Source: Negaprion brevirostris (lineage: Eukaryota). Taken from it: a stretch of DNA of 64,000 nt. Where the stretch lies: positions 34,098,471 to 34,162,470 of the forward strand of contig JARDVH010000133.1 of NCBI GenBank assembly GCA_030324005.1, given 5' to 3'. Under the pieces are notes generated by a model. The model did not search any database. It saw only the letters and a list, made by a program, of their open reading frames with translations, and was not told the DNA's origin. Positions 35,737 through 48,967 of the stretch are shown here, one piece after another (the stretch's first letter is position 1; each line of letters starts with the position of its first letter). The position numbers were made by a program, and so were the translations under genes.

Positions 35737-37669
35737 GTGAGACCGGGAGACTGGCAGAGTCTTCATTCGCTCAGACTGTGCTACAGTGAGGTGAGTGGGT
35801 AAGTTCACCCAGTGGCCTCAGCATTCAGTCATTATGAGTTGCTTACAGCCTTTTATATGTTATAAAATTAGGGACAATTATTTTTAACTGACGTACAAAA
35901 CTGATTCTACCCTTCTGTAGGGCAATTCAAAGGAAAGTTACGTAGAGCTAAAATCAGAACTCAGCCTATTTAAAGCAAATTCAGGAATACTTATGAACCC
36001 AAAGGATTATGAAAATGTGACTCTGCTCCAGAGTGACAAGGATGCAGGATCAATTCAGTTGATTAAAATAGAACTAAACCCATACTGATACGTAAGGAAC
36101 GTGGTAAGAGTAGAGAATTGTGATTGGCAACCGATTAGGAGCTACATTCATTATGATCTGTATGGCAATGTTTATTCCTCTTCCTATATTTAAATGAAAA
36201 TTTACACTGTATAGAAATAAACAAGTTCTGTTTCACTGTGGTATAATAATGGACACAATGTAACAAAGAAGGGTTCCCACTCAGACATGGATGGAGAGTA
36301 TTTCTTCAGTATTTTGTTAACCTAAACTGCAGAAATGACCCAACAATGTAGTTACTTTGTAGATTTTGTCTGCCGAACTTTAGGTTGTGTGTGGAGAATA
36401 TAATCAAGTTATAGAATGCTGGACTGCTGAGCTAAGTTCATCACAAGGGATGTGTTGGCACAAAGTTATAACATATCAAAGTTCATTTGCCTAGGGGGTA
36501 TTAGTGCCATTTGACCCCTGTGATATTGCAACAGATTGTCGTATGTAGCAAGATTTCCCACTAAGCTGTCAGGTTGGTATTATTTTCAAAGTTTCATTTG
36601 TACCTTTGTCGGAAACGTCATTGTTCCCTGCACAAGAAAACATCACTTGTTCCAAATTGCAGCCTGTCTTGGCAAAGCACTAATGAACCCAGTCAAAAAG
36701 TTAATTTTAAATGTCACTTAAGCCCAGACAAGCATAAAGCTTCTTTGTAGTAGTCTTTGTCCATTCAAAAAGGCTAACCTGTATATGTGTCGATATGTTT
36801 TAAATGTTTTGACCATCGAAACAAAGTCTTTGTGTTGTGGAATTGGACAATTTCTTATTTCAGACACTTGCTCTCAGGCATGAGACCTTATGGTAATGTG
36901 TGAGTCTTAAAGTTGCTGTTTCACATTGATTTTCCTGCGTCTTCTGTTTATTTCATTTGCCGTGTCATTTTGTAACTTAGAGTTTGTTTTATGTTCTTTC
37001 AAAGGTACAATTTGGCTACCACCTTGAACTCAAGTTTATTTCTATCCCCTTTACCATTTGGCTGCTGCAGTTCATTAAGCATTGTCTGTTATCACCATTC
37101 CCCATTCTCCCCCACCATCTGTGTTAAGCCCACAGTTGCCTTCTGTTTTCTTAATATGTACAAATTGGCCAATTGTGACATCTGGTGCTACTTTCAAAGC
37201 AGTTGCCCCGATTTCCCCATCTTTTTGTATTATCTCACTCCTTTGACCGTACAAATTGAATTTTTTTAACCTGTTATCTTAATTTAAAATGCAAGTTTTA
37301 ATGAATTTTGATTTGCTTACATTCCCACAATCATTGTAGCTTCCTCCTCTCCTGTCTTTTCAGGTGTGTATTTAGGCATTTGGCAAGAGATGGGCATTGA
37401 AATGTTGCAATTTCTTCTCCCACACCTACTCTATTGGAAAAATAAATTGGCAATCAGCACTAGTGTTTGCATTCATTTGGTGATGGATCAGGACGTAAGA
37501 TCCATGATATGATGTATCTCTTTCCATATTGATCCTGATATATTGACACCAGTCTTTTTACCGTCCTGATGAAAGGTGACTGATCTCATCATGGACTACT
37601 GACACATTTGAATATAAGCCACCTTGTGATTTGATCTTCTGCTTTAGTTTGCAAATAGTGATAGGCTTA

Positions 37670-38660
37670 CAAAAGCAAAATAGTACGGATGCTGGAAATC
37701 TGAATTAAAAACAAAATACTGGAAACACTTGAGTCAGACAGTATCTGTGGAGAGAGAAAGAGTTAACACCTAAGGTCAAACAATCTTTTGTGTGATCTGG
37801 AAAATATTTGAGACGTAACAGTTTTTAAGCCTACACGGAAAGTGGGAAGCAGGGGAGATGAAAAGGAAAGGTCTGTAATAGGGTCTATTTAGAGAATAAC
37901 TGAGGAACTGGATGATAAAACAAGGCAAAAGCTGGAGCCAGTAGGCCAAGTGGAGAAATAAAAAGTGAGTCTAGAGGAAGTGCAGGTGAGAGATAGCAGT
38001 ATCATCACAATGGCTTCCATTCGAAAAAATGCGGAGCTTATGATCCACAGTTGTTGAATTCAGTGTTAAGTCTGGAAGACTATGAAGTGCCTAATCAATA
38101 GAAGAGGTGTTGCTCCTTGAGCTTCATTAGTGTGAGAGATCAACAGTGGGGGCAAGATGGAGAATTAAAAAGACAGCAACTGGAAGTTCAGGGCTACACT
38201 AATGGATGAATAGAGGACTTCAGCAAAATGGTCACCCAATCTGTGTTTAGTCTTCCCAACATGGGAGAGATCACATCGTAAGTAGTGATGAATGGTTATC
38301 CAGACTTGAAACATTAGCTCTGTTTTCTCTGTCCACAGATGCTCTCAGATGTGATGAGATTTACCAGCAGTTTTGCTTTTGTTTCTAACTCCAGCATCTG
38401 CAGAATTTTGCTTATATATTAGAGTAGTAAATACAGGAAGCTAAATCAAAAGAAATAAAAGTAAATTGCTGTTTAACCTAGAAGGGAGTGTTTGAGGCCC
38501 TGGACAATGAGAAGGGAAAACATCGAGGGCAGATGATGAATATCCTGCACTTGCATGGGATGCTGCTGGGACAAGGAAGTGTAATTAGGGTGTCATAGAG
38601 GTAATGATCCCTTTGGAATGATGAGAGGGAAAGATGTGTTGGTTGCTTCTGTCATGCTGG
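37670..38660 (-). mobile_element. Penelope-like element 3' part (GIY-YIG + terminal repeat), with an inverted terminal-repeat copy nested at 38286-38413
   Basis: Minus strand reads RCDLSHVGKTKHRLGDHFAE and KLKEQHLFY*LGT...LNTEFNN (decayed YIG motif and C-terminus). Confidence 0.7.
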
Positions 38661-38664
38661 AGCT

Positions 38665-40082
38665 GGACTCTGGAGAGGTTCCAGCAGATAAGAAAACAGC
38701 AAATGTGACGCCAATTTGAAAAAGGAGGTAGACAAAAGGCGGGTAACTATAGGCTGGTTAGCTTAACTTCTGTGGTAGGCAACAAAGGGAATCTATCATC
38801 AAGGAAGAAATAGCGAGATATCTGGTTAGAAATTGTCCCATTGGGAAGACAGTGTAGGTTCATGGAAGGCAGGTCACCTTTAACTAATTTACTGGAATTC
38901 TTCGAGGACATTACAAGTGTGGTGATTAATAGAGAACCTGTGGATGTGATGTATCTGGATTTTCAGAAGGCATGTGGCAAGGTGCTGCGTAAGATAAAGG
39001 TCCACAATATTACAGGTAACGTATTAGTGTGGATAGAGGATTGGTTAACTAACAGAAAGCAAAGAGTGGGGTTAATGGGTGTTTTTCTAGCTGGTGATTA
39101 GCAATGCGTGGTGTGTCTCAGGGATCGGTGTTGGGACTGTGATTGTTTATGATTTACAGAGATGATTTGAAGTTGGGGACCAAGTGTATTGTGTCAAAAT
39201 TCGCAAATGACACTAAGATGAGTAGTAGAGCAAAGTGTGTAGGGGACACTGAAAATCTGTGAAGGGGTATAGATTGAGTGAGCAAGGGTCTGGCAAATGA
39301 AGTACAATGTTGGTAAATGCGATGTCATCCATTTTGATAGGAACAACAGCAGAATGGGCTATTATTTAAATGGTAAAATCAGCTTGCTGCTGTGCAGAGG
39401 GACCTGGGTGTCCTTGTTCATTAATCACAAAGTTGATTTGCCGGTGCAGCAGATAATTAAGAAGGCAAATGGAATTTTGTCCTTCGTTGCTATAGGAATG
39501 GAGTTTACAAACAGCGAAGTTATGTTGCAGCTGTGTAAGGTGCTGGTGAGGCCACACTTGGAGTACTGTGTAGTTTTAATTTCCTTACTTGAAAAGGGAT
39601 ATGCTAGCACTGGAGGGGTGCAGAAGAANNNNNNNNNNNNNNNNNNNNNNNNNNNNNNNNNNNNNNNNNNNNNNNNNNNNNNNNNNNNNNNNNNNNNNNN
39701 NNNNNNNNNNNNNNNNNNNNNNNNNNNNNNNNNNNNNNNNNNNNNNNNNNNNNNNNNNNNNNNNNNNNNNNNNNNNNNNNNNNNNNNNNNNNNNNNNNNN
39801 NNNNNNNNNNNNNNNNNNNNNNNNNNNNNNNNNNNNNNNNNNNNNNNNNNNNNNNNNNNNNNNNNNNNNNNNNNNNNNNNNNNNNNNNNNTCTGTGGAAT
39901 TCCCTGCCCAGTGAAGTAGTTGAATGTTTTAAGTGAAGATAGATTTTTGAACAGTAAAGGAATTATGGTGAGCAGACGGGTAATTGGAGCTGAGTCCATT
40001 GAAAGATCAGTCATGATCTTATTGAATGACGGAACAGGCTCGAGGGACCAGATGGCCGACTCCCGCTCCCGTTTCTTATGTT
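38665..40082 (+). mobile_element. CR1 LINE ORF2 (RT) with gap
   Basis: ORFs TNLLEFFEDIT...VDVMYLDFQKA...WIEDWLTNRKQRVG and LVRPHLEYC; CR1 tail at about 40010-40080. Confidence 0.92.
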
Positions 40083-40291
40083 CTAACAGTGGGTCTACCA
40101 AGACGTTGGTTTTGTGGATTTTGGGAAGGAGGTAGAAGCAGCCTATATGAGNNNNNNNNNNGTTGAGGGTGATGAGATTGAATGGAAGATGTCGAATGGG
40201 GTGATGTCAGTAGCAGATTATGGATTTAGTGAGTTTATTGATTCTGTATTTTGCACAAGCTTAAATATTGCTGTTCTTGTTTTCTTTGCAG

Positions 40292-40499
40292 TTCATCAAC
40301 AAATTGATGGAGGTAGTACCTCTTTCCATTTCAACAGAAAGTAACCTTGCACTGCCAGGTGATGTCAAAGCCATGCAAAGACACATGTTTGTCGTCCAGT
40401 TTGCCAGGTTGTTAGGTCTTCATGAGACCTTGGAGCAGACACGGAAGCTCAGACTTGTCCAGGAGCTGATGCAGAGATACAAGCATGCCCTGAAGTTTG
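40292..40499 (+). CDS. NAA25: NAA25 coding exon 12
   Basis: FINKLMEVVPLSISTESNLALPGDVKAMQRHMFVVQFARLLGLHETLEQTRKLRLVQELMQRYKHALKF; donor G|gtgagt. Confidence 0.95.
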
Positions 40500-41544
40500 G
40501 TGAGTTTGTTATTCCTCCTTTTGTACTGTGAGGGCATGTGATTTTGAGTAGGCTGTTTGGCAAGCATTTTAGAGATGTATGGACGGTAATTTATTTTTTA
40601 ATAAGTTAACCTTTTTCTCCTGATGAGTAGATCTGAAGCCNNNNNNNNNNCCAGATTTAGAAGCAGATCAGTGATATTGCTGGAATTTAACAAACTAAAA
40701 CTGTGCAGCTTACTGGCATATGGCATTTTTGAGCAGTCTTGTCTTGCAAGAGTCTTCCTTCCATTCAGGTATGAGCTTGCAGGACCTCGGGCTAAGTGGG
40801 AAGAATCTCAGTTCTTCGTAACATGACTGAACGTTCAGGTGGCACCAGTGAGCCAGGCTAACCAGTCTTTCACTGAAAGCCCTGGCCTATTGTGGACTTC
40901 CCTTAGTTGGGCACCAGACTGCCAGATTTGGGAGAGGATTGGCTTGTTTCAAGATCCTGTTGTCAAGCATATCACCTCAGAATCAACTTTACCTATCCTC
41001 ATCCAAAGAAGGACAGTCATCAGTTGGACCTTATTGATCTCGTTGTTAACAGATATAGTAAACTACATTTTCAAAGCTCAAGTTGAACTTTTCAAATCCA
41101 CGTGTTTTGCCTTTTTATTGCTTATTGTTCAGTAACGTAGTTAGAAATTAATTGTTTAACAAATGAGATGCTGATCTTTTCTTGTAAGCAGTGTTCTTAA
41201 TATAAATGAAGACATTGAGGAAAGCTGAAACATTTTTCTGATCAGTGAACACTTGAAACCATGATTTTAATTGACCATAATCTGAGATACCTGACAACAT
41301 AACTTGCTTCAAAAATAATCCTTTACTGTATCAAAAGACTCTTTTGTTAGCTGGCTTACACCATTTGACTTGGTTGTCTAAAAAAGTGGATTTTACGTTA
41401 CTCTGATTCTTTTTCCTGCACTTCTGAAGATGCTGCATTACACTGGACTTGATTCCACGATGTCAGTTGTCTTGCTTGAATGATTGTCAAAATACTTATT
41501 CTTTGGTGTTAAATTTAGTTAGTCTAATAGCAGGATATTTGACG

Positions 41545-41790
41545 ACGGGGCCCAATTAGGGCCAGTCTTGTCTTCATCTCATGTTTCCAGATGCATTTTC
41601 CAGCGGCGTTCAGTGATTAGCAATCAGATGTGGAAACTCAGCATATTTTTCTCCCCGGTAACCTGACGCACTGATACCGATTATAATGCTCCTATCACCA
41701 TCGTGATTGACCCGATGACTCCATGTGGACTAGGAATCAAAACGAGGACCCTCCTGGTCAATGTAGCTCAACTGCACCTTTCTATTACTG
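41545..41790 (-). mobile_element. Old SINE-like repeat (related copies at about 20200-20340 and 48310-48460)
   Basis: Reverse complement shares gatgaggacaggattggg-like and tRNA-like head motifs with 48310-48460. Confidence 0.4.
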
Positions 41791-42884
41791 ACTTGGAATT
41801 TGCAGGACTGATGATTATCTCTGTGCAGATTGTGAGGGAAGCTTTATATTGTGCAACTTTCTTGAATGCTAATAGTGGGCCAGCAAATGCTCTGTCAGGG
41901 CATCAAAAAGCACCTGTCATTATTTGACATGCTCTTGCATGTTTTGAGTTTTAAAATTTTCACACGGCAAGTTGTTGAAAATGTAAGCTTGATAATGTCG
42001 CTGAGGAAAACTGGACGTCTGGGAACCTGCGTGAACAAAGTGAATAACTGGGCCTCAACCATCAGATTGAAGTATTGTAAAATTGCCAGCACAAGGACTG
42101 AGAAAGAAATATAGATTTGTGAGTTCATTCAATATCAGATCAGGTACATATGATTGTATAAGATAAAGGCAGGAAAACTACTGGGGAGGGCGGGTGGGCG
42201 GGGTGGTATCACTAACAGTTAAAACCTAAAGCAATGAGTCTCTTGTAATAACTAATTTTCCAGGCTGAGGGGTTATTTGCCAATAATTAGCTCTTCCCAT
42301 GTCTTTAAAGGGGATTTGGACTGAATGGACAAGATTCAGTTGCCTGTGTCAAATTTAGTTCCTATCAATGGATATGTAATTATAGAAAAAATAATTTTTA
42401 GGATAATGGGGAAGGGGAAGCTGGCCTATGGGACTCATTTGGGCAGCTCTTTCAAAGGGCTGATGCAAGCATGACAGGCTCAATGGCCCCTTCTATGTCA
42501 CTAGATGCTTTCTGTGCAGATACAGCAATTCCATGATATGTCAATTATTTCAGTAGCAAAATGCCTATTTTTGCCCTTAATGGTGGGCAACACTTGGACA
42601 AAATAATTCATATGTTTATATATGTTTACCTCACCTGAAATTTCTCTATGTATACAAAAAAAGACAAATGTCTCACTATTATTTTGACAAGAAATCTGAG
42701 CCCCTCTGTCAATTTTTTTATTCAGCATAAAGGCAGCTATTTTGCCAGTTTCAGTTCAGACCTATGTAAGCACTGGTGTAGCATACAGTCAACTTGACTT
42801 TAGTTCCCCCCTCTCACTCTCAAGTCAGTTTGTTGTGCAGTTTTTTTTGTAGTTTTTAAGACCTCTTTTGGTTATGTTTAATAG

Positions 42885-42974
42885 GAAAGGCATGCTTGAA
42901 AACAGAGCTACAATTCTCTGATAACTACTGTCTCCTTGCTGTACACCTTCTTCTCGACATCTGGCGACAATCAG
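42885..42974 (+). CDS. NAA25: NAA25 coding exon 13
   Basis: (G)KACLKTELQFSDNYCLLAVHLLLDIWRQS; 90 nt, phase 1-1. Confidence 0.95.
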
Positions 42975-43307
42975 GTCAGTGTTTTCTTCTTGAAACTTAA
43001 CCTGTAACATGATCAGCTGAGAATGCTTTTATAGTCCCAGAAATAAGCTGCTGTATTGAAACTTGTCCAATATGGCTCCAGTAGACTCAAGTATGGGACT
43101 GAATTGGGCAGCTCTTTCAAAGGACTGATGCAAGCATGACAGGCTCAATGCCCCTTCTATGTCACTAGAAACTATCTGTGCAGATACAGCAACTCGATGA
43201 TGTGTAAATTATTCCAGTTGTGAAATACCAGTTTCCCCATAACACTTAAGACAGTAGATTCTATATATTTATATATGATTACCTCACCTGAAATCTCTGT
43301 GCTATGT

Positions 43308-43635
43308 GTGCGGCACAATGACAAAGAGATTAGCACAGCTGCCCCACAGCGCCAATTCTGGTGTCCAGTCACTTTGTGTGGAGTTTGCATGTTCTATCTA
43401 TGTCTGTGTGGGTTTCCTCTGAGTGCTCTGGTTTCTCCCCACAATCCAAAGATGTGCAGGTTAGGTTGATTGGCATGCTAAATTGCCCATTATTGTCAAG
43501 GGAACTAGCAGAGTAAATAAGTGGGGTTACAGGGATAGCGCCTGGGTGAGATTGTGGTTGGTGTAGACTAGATGGGCCAATTGGCCTCTTGCTGCATTGT
43601 AGGGATCCTATGATTCTGTAAATCAATCTATGATT
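43308..43635 (+). mobile_element. V-SINE (HE1-like), CR1-type tail
   Basis: V-domain gtgtggagtttgcatgttct; tail tgcattgtagggatcctatgattct. Confidence 0.88.
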
Positions 43636-44401
43636 CTACTCTTTACATTAATATAAATAACTTAAGTTATAATAGCTGACACTTCCAGTTGCTGTGATAA
43701 TTTTAAAGTGCTCCCATTTTGGATTAGCAGTATTTCCATGTTGGACAATGGATGCTGCTGCAGATTTCCAAGTGGTGCACTGCATCAGCATTTCAATGCA
43801 CAGATTGTTTCAGTCTTCATCATCCACTAAACTTTACTGTATTGATGATTTTGAAAGGCCATGTACACTACTGAATATCATCTTGACCCATTAATATGTG
43901 AAACTAATTTAAAGTTTATAGATTTGATAACCAGATGATGATGTTTTAGATTGATGGTGGGAATCAGATACGGACAATGTGTTGTGCAACTGCTGTACTA
44001 CAGAATGGATATCCAGTGTTTTTGTCTTCGTGCTGCATAGCTGTGGATCCTGGAGCCACAGGTTTTAAATCTACGTTTCCATTACTTTTCAAGAATCTTG
44101 ATGAAACTTCTAAGAGGCCCTCACTTAATATTTATGTACCAATGAGGCTGCCTTCAACTTCCAGTCCCACAGAATTCAAGTAGAACGAATCAGTGCTGTC
44201 TATGTGCAGATTTGAACAATGTGCAAAAACTTTGACTTGGATGATTTTCTTGCGGGAGAAAGTGTAAAGATGTTGAAGAAATACATCATCTGCAATGGTT
44301 TTGGGCAAGTTCTTTGGATAAAAGTTATTGTTCATTGTTGTGTGTCTGTTATTGATGGTGGGTCTGTGAACTGGTTCTGCTTCACTTTTTGTGTCCTGCA
44401 G

Positions 44402-44582
44402 GTGAAGAATGGCCACTGTGGAAGTCCCTAGCACTGCTGGAGGAGAGCCTTGCTAACAGCCCCTCAAGTGCTCAGTTCAAGCTGCTACTCATTCGAATCT
44501 ACTGTCTACTTGGAGCTTTTGAGCCAGTTGTAGACTTGTACACGAGCCTTGATGCCAAGCATGTACAGCATGATACAATTGG
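44402..44582 (+). CDS. NAA25: NAA25 coding exon 14
   Basis: (G)EEWPLWKSLALLEESLANSPSSAQFKLLLIRIYCLLGAFEPVVDLYTSLDAKHVQHDTI; donor GG|gtgggt. Confidence 0.95.
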
Positions 44583-45431
44583 GTGGGTACTGATTCGTAG
44601 CCAACAGAATGCCATCAGCACACTTTACTATTGTTTCCTTTAACTTTGAAGGATGAGGCCACTTATCTGTGTCCCTAGTTATGGATGGACTCTTTTTTGA
44701 AAAGGATAAAAAATAAAGGGACTTAAGCTGAATTGTAATATTGTCCTTTGTTTTAGCATAACCCCTGACATGAACTGGCTATGCTCCTCCTAAGAGAAAT
44801 ACATTTGGGTTATTGTTATTGCAGTCTCACATGTAAGCCTATTCCACAAATTATTATTCTCATTTGGAAACCTAATGGTCAAATACAAGTCCTGAGCATA
44901 AGAGTTGAATCACATTGAGGCATATAGAGTGGGCTTTTCTCTAAATCCAGTCTGAGACCTGGGTACATTCAGTGTTGACTGACTTGCATTCCCCATTGAA
45001 TTTTCTGAACAAAACACTTACAGTAGAATTGCAGTTATTAACTCTAGGGTTCCCTGGATTAGTGAAGGAAATTGGTATATCATCCTCAAATCTTAGTCCT
45101 GCTCACATAATATATTTCTAATCTCAGCACTTGAGTACAAATAAAATGACAAATGGAATATAATTGTTCTTTGACAGTGAGGTTAATTTAAATATGAAAA
45201 GTGGAGATTTGCATTTGTTGTCTGTACAACATGAATTCATTTTACACCAAGCTTTCATAATTAGTTGAAACTTGGACTGAGCAGATTCAAAAATATTTTC
45301 AACGTTCAAGTATTTCAGAAATATAAGCAACTATGGGAAGATCAGTCTAAGGGTACGAAAGGTAACGCAAGCTTTTATATTGACATTGTCTTTTGATGTT
45401 GATGACTGATGCTGGTGTATTTGACTNNNNN

Positions 45432-45531
45432 GTATCTGCTGACTCGATATGCGGAGCCGCTGGGCCACCTTGCTGCTGCTTCCCAAGCGTGTAACTTCAC
45501 ACTCAGGTTTTTTCACTCCAACCAGAAAGAT
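45432..45531 (+). CDS. NAA25: NAA25 coding exon 15 (acceptor hidden by a 5-N gap)
   Basis: (G)YLLTRYAEPLGHLAAASQACNFTLRFFHSNQKD; donor GAT|gtaagt; the acceptor falls in nnnnn at 45427-45431. Confidence 0.92.
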
Positions 45532-45699
45532 GTAAGTTTGTTGTAGACTCGGACGATGAAAGGGTTGTGTCAGAAAAGGTCTGTCTGCATGAATCTTTGC
45601 AGTTAATAACCTTGTTTTAAAATTCTTCCCACCCAACACCATTCAAAGAAAAATGTAACAAACCAAGGTGCAAGATATGAGGAAATTATGTTTTTAAAA

Positions 45700-47650
45700 T
45701 ATTTTTATTAATGATTTTCAGCATTATTAGTACAACACGCAACAAATTCCCAGGATTTAGCACAGTACAGAATGATTATATTCCACAGATAAGTATGGAA
45801 AGGACCAGCAGAGGTCAATATAAATCATTTCAGGGAATCAGACGTCGTGCTCCATATCCTTATACACAGAGACTGTTTTCATACAGATATTGAAAGGATT
45901 ACAGAACGCGTGTGGGAACGCAGGGTAGTAGGATATGGCCATGAAAACGTGGCACTGTGGTGCCTTGCAGAGAACAACAAAATCAGAACTGCACTACCAG
46001 CCAGTTCATCTTCGGGCCAGATGGAAAGAAAAGAGTTTCTCAGGGCAGTGGGGCACCAGAAGGCACCCTTGAGACAAGGGCTACCCATAAATGCAGCCCT
46101 TAAAATGAGAGTGCCTGAAAAACCACGCCTCCACAGTGCAAACTATTGAGTAAATCATTATCCACCTCAGCATTATAGAAACAGACCCAGAATAATAACA
46201 TAGGAAGGCTAGTAGTCCAAGAAACCAAATCTGGATCATGCCTCCGAGATACCACAAACTCTGCTCCTCTTCAACTCCGATCAATATCTCGACCCACCGA
46301 GAGGGAAGAGCACTCTCTGCTAATGGGCCTTCCTCTAAGAAGGGAAGAAAAGCTGTCGGGATACCCACAAACAGGATATCCTGGAGATAGATGATCGTAC
46401 CTTGAACCAGCCAGGTAGAGGACCTTTGCACACTACACTTAATGAACCACAATCTACCCACATACAAAGAGAAGAATTTGCAAAGAGGGGCATCCGAGAC
46501 AGCCACAACAGTACGCTGTCACAGGATATCAGCCTCTAGTGCACTCTTTCCCCCAAGAAAAACAAAATCCGCTCGAGAGACTCCATACAAGATCACATGG
46601 AGAGAAATAAACCTTTTATCCTACCTAATCTAAATTCCACGGAGTTAACAGATACTAGGGCTCAAGCCCTCAAATCACCCATCAGGTTCAGCAAACAACC
46701 GAGTACCACAACCTAGGAAAGACTGGTGGTCAGAAGGACAGCAACCCAGAGGCCACACCAAACTTTGGGTGGGGGGAGAGCGATTAGTCTGTATCCCCCA
46801 ACCATGCTCATGTGTGCAGTGTTACAGATTTCCCACACTTGCACCTTCAACAAGTAGAGCGGTTGTTCAGTCCACTCCAAGTTATTCAATTTATCTGTAC
46901 AGCCATAAGATAAATGCAGGATTTCTCAAACCTAATAGGCAAGGAAGTAGGGGAGAAAAACAAGCCCTTGTTCAATCAGGATTATAATCACAAGGGAACA
47001 AAGTTCAGGTTTAACAATTAACTGCAGATTTACAAGCCATTCACGGAGCTAGAAAAGGACAAGCTATGACCAAAAGGCCGACGAACATCCAGCAACCTTC
47101 CAGAACCTCACCAAAGTCTCCACATCTCCATCATGCCGTCATTCCAGAGCCCATGCGAGCAAAAGTCTAGGCTTTAGTGGGCAGGAAACAACCATCTTAT
47201 TTGGCCGCCTTCAACCTTTCTCGACGAACATTGAGACATTGCAAATCCACCGGTTGGGGTCTCCAGCTAACCCCAAACTTCAAGATTCAGATGAGGTATT
47301 CTTCAGCGAATTCAGATTGAGATTATAAAAGCATGTCGGTTTTGAAAAACAGTCAGGAATCTCACCACAGTCCTTTCTCTTTTTAAGGGGACTAGCTTAT
47401 AGACAGTCCTCTTCCAGCCCTGTTTCCCGATTTTAAACAGATGTTCAACACACCATGCAGCAGGATTTCCAACTATGGAAGCTGAGCCTTCACCAAGGAA
47501 ATCATCTTGACTGAAAGGATTATCATCTCTGCATGATTCTTTCTCTGTAGGATATCTTGCAGTTCATCGTGGTGGGCACTTATAATCAGTGAGAAGCAGA
47601 ATACAGCTTCCAAATGTTTATTCATAAGAACAGTCTTCATATTGGCGCTA
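45700..47650 (-). mobile_element. Highly decayed L1/Tx1-like LINE
   Basis: Long A/C-biased segment starting at a T-rich end (atatttttattaatgattttc) and compositionally like 52375-55540; no intact motif. Confidence 0.4.
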
Positions 47651-47734
47651 ACAATTCCTCCTGAGGATGGGCTGGCTTGCTCGCAGCCGATGCCACCATT
47701 GTGAACTGGGCCCCATCCAAGCCAGCTTCAACAA

Positions 47735-47955
47735 CATCTGCTGCCTCAGCGCCAGGAACCCGAGTTTGATTCCTGGTTTGGGTCACTGTCTGTGCAGTCT
47801 TCACATTCTCCCATGCCTGCATGGGTTTTCTCCGGGTGTTCTGGATTCCTCCTCCTCCTCCTCCTCCTCATCCTCCTCTCACAATAACTTCATTGTAGTG
47901 TTAATGTAAACCTATTTGTAACAATAAATTAACCGTAAACTTTAAAACTTTAACC
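47735..47955 (+). mobile_element. V-SINE with alternative tail and embedded (CCT)n microsatellite at 47847-47878
   Basis: B-box gagtttgattcc, V-domain, tail acaataacttcattgtagtgttaatgtaaacc. Confidence 0.8.
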
Positions 47956-48967
47956 CCACAACTCAAGATTTCTTCAATTTATTTGGCTCCCCACAGTCAA
48001 AAAATTTAACTAGGATTTTCCAAAACCATTGCACAGATATATGTCTATACATATATTACATCAACTAATTGCAGGTCATGCATTAGGATAAAAAAGAATT
48101 AAAAGATGATAGAGGTAGAGCTCATGGAATTCCTGCTGACATCCTATGAACAGTTGTACTGATTCCGCTTCTGTTCCAGCAGTGATCAGATAAGTCTCTG
48201 CATAAGTCAAAACTGAAGCTGGAACCATTCTGCTATGCATTGCTCCCTCGCCTGAATGATTTCCCATGTTCTTTACAATTTTGCAACTTCAATACTTGGA
48301 ATTTCTTGGTTTCAGACAGATTGGCAGTGGGGAGACTGTCTCTGGGCTAGAGATGTAAAATCTCTGAATCTGATGCCCATCCATTCATAACCTTCTGGTA
48401 ATATGAACACATGAACATCAGATGAGGACAGGATTGGGTTGGATTGTGATTCACATTTATATAACCTAATATTTTTAACATACTCAAATGAATAATGGCT
48501 GAGTGAGTGGGCAAGGACCTGGCAGATAGAGTATAACGTTAGCAAATGTGAGGTTCTCCACTTTGCTGGAAATAATAGTGGGATGGAATATTATTTAAAG
48601 GGTGAAAAGCTGCAGCATGCTACTGTGCAGAGGGACCTGGGGGTCCTTGTGNNNNNNNNNNNNNNNNNNNNNNNNNNNNNNNNNNNNNNNNNNNNNNNNN
48701 NNNNNNNNNNNNNNNNNNNNNNNNNNNNNNNNNNNNNNNNNNNNNNNNNNNCAGGAGATTCTTAATTCCAGATTTTGTTATGGAATTAGGGTAGGATTCG
48801 AACCTCGGTCCACAGAAAATTTGCTGAGTTTTTGGATTAATAGTCCAGCAATAATACCACTGGGTCATCACCTACCCGAATTTCTCTCGCTGTTTTCAGA
48901 AACCCTTTTGACTCCTCAACCCCTCCTCTTGATCTGACCCACTCATTTGTCTTACTGTCCTTCCTGA

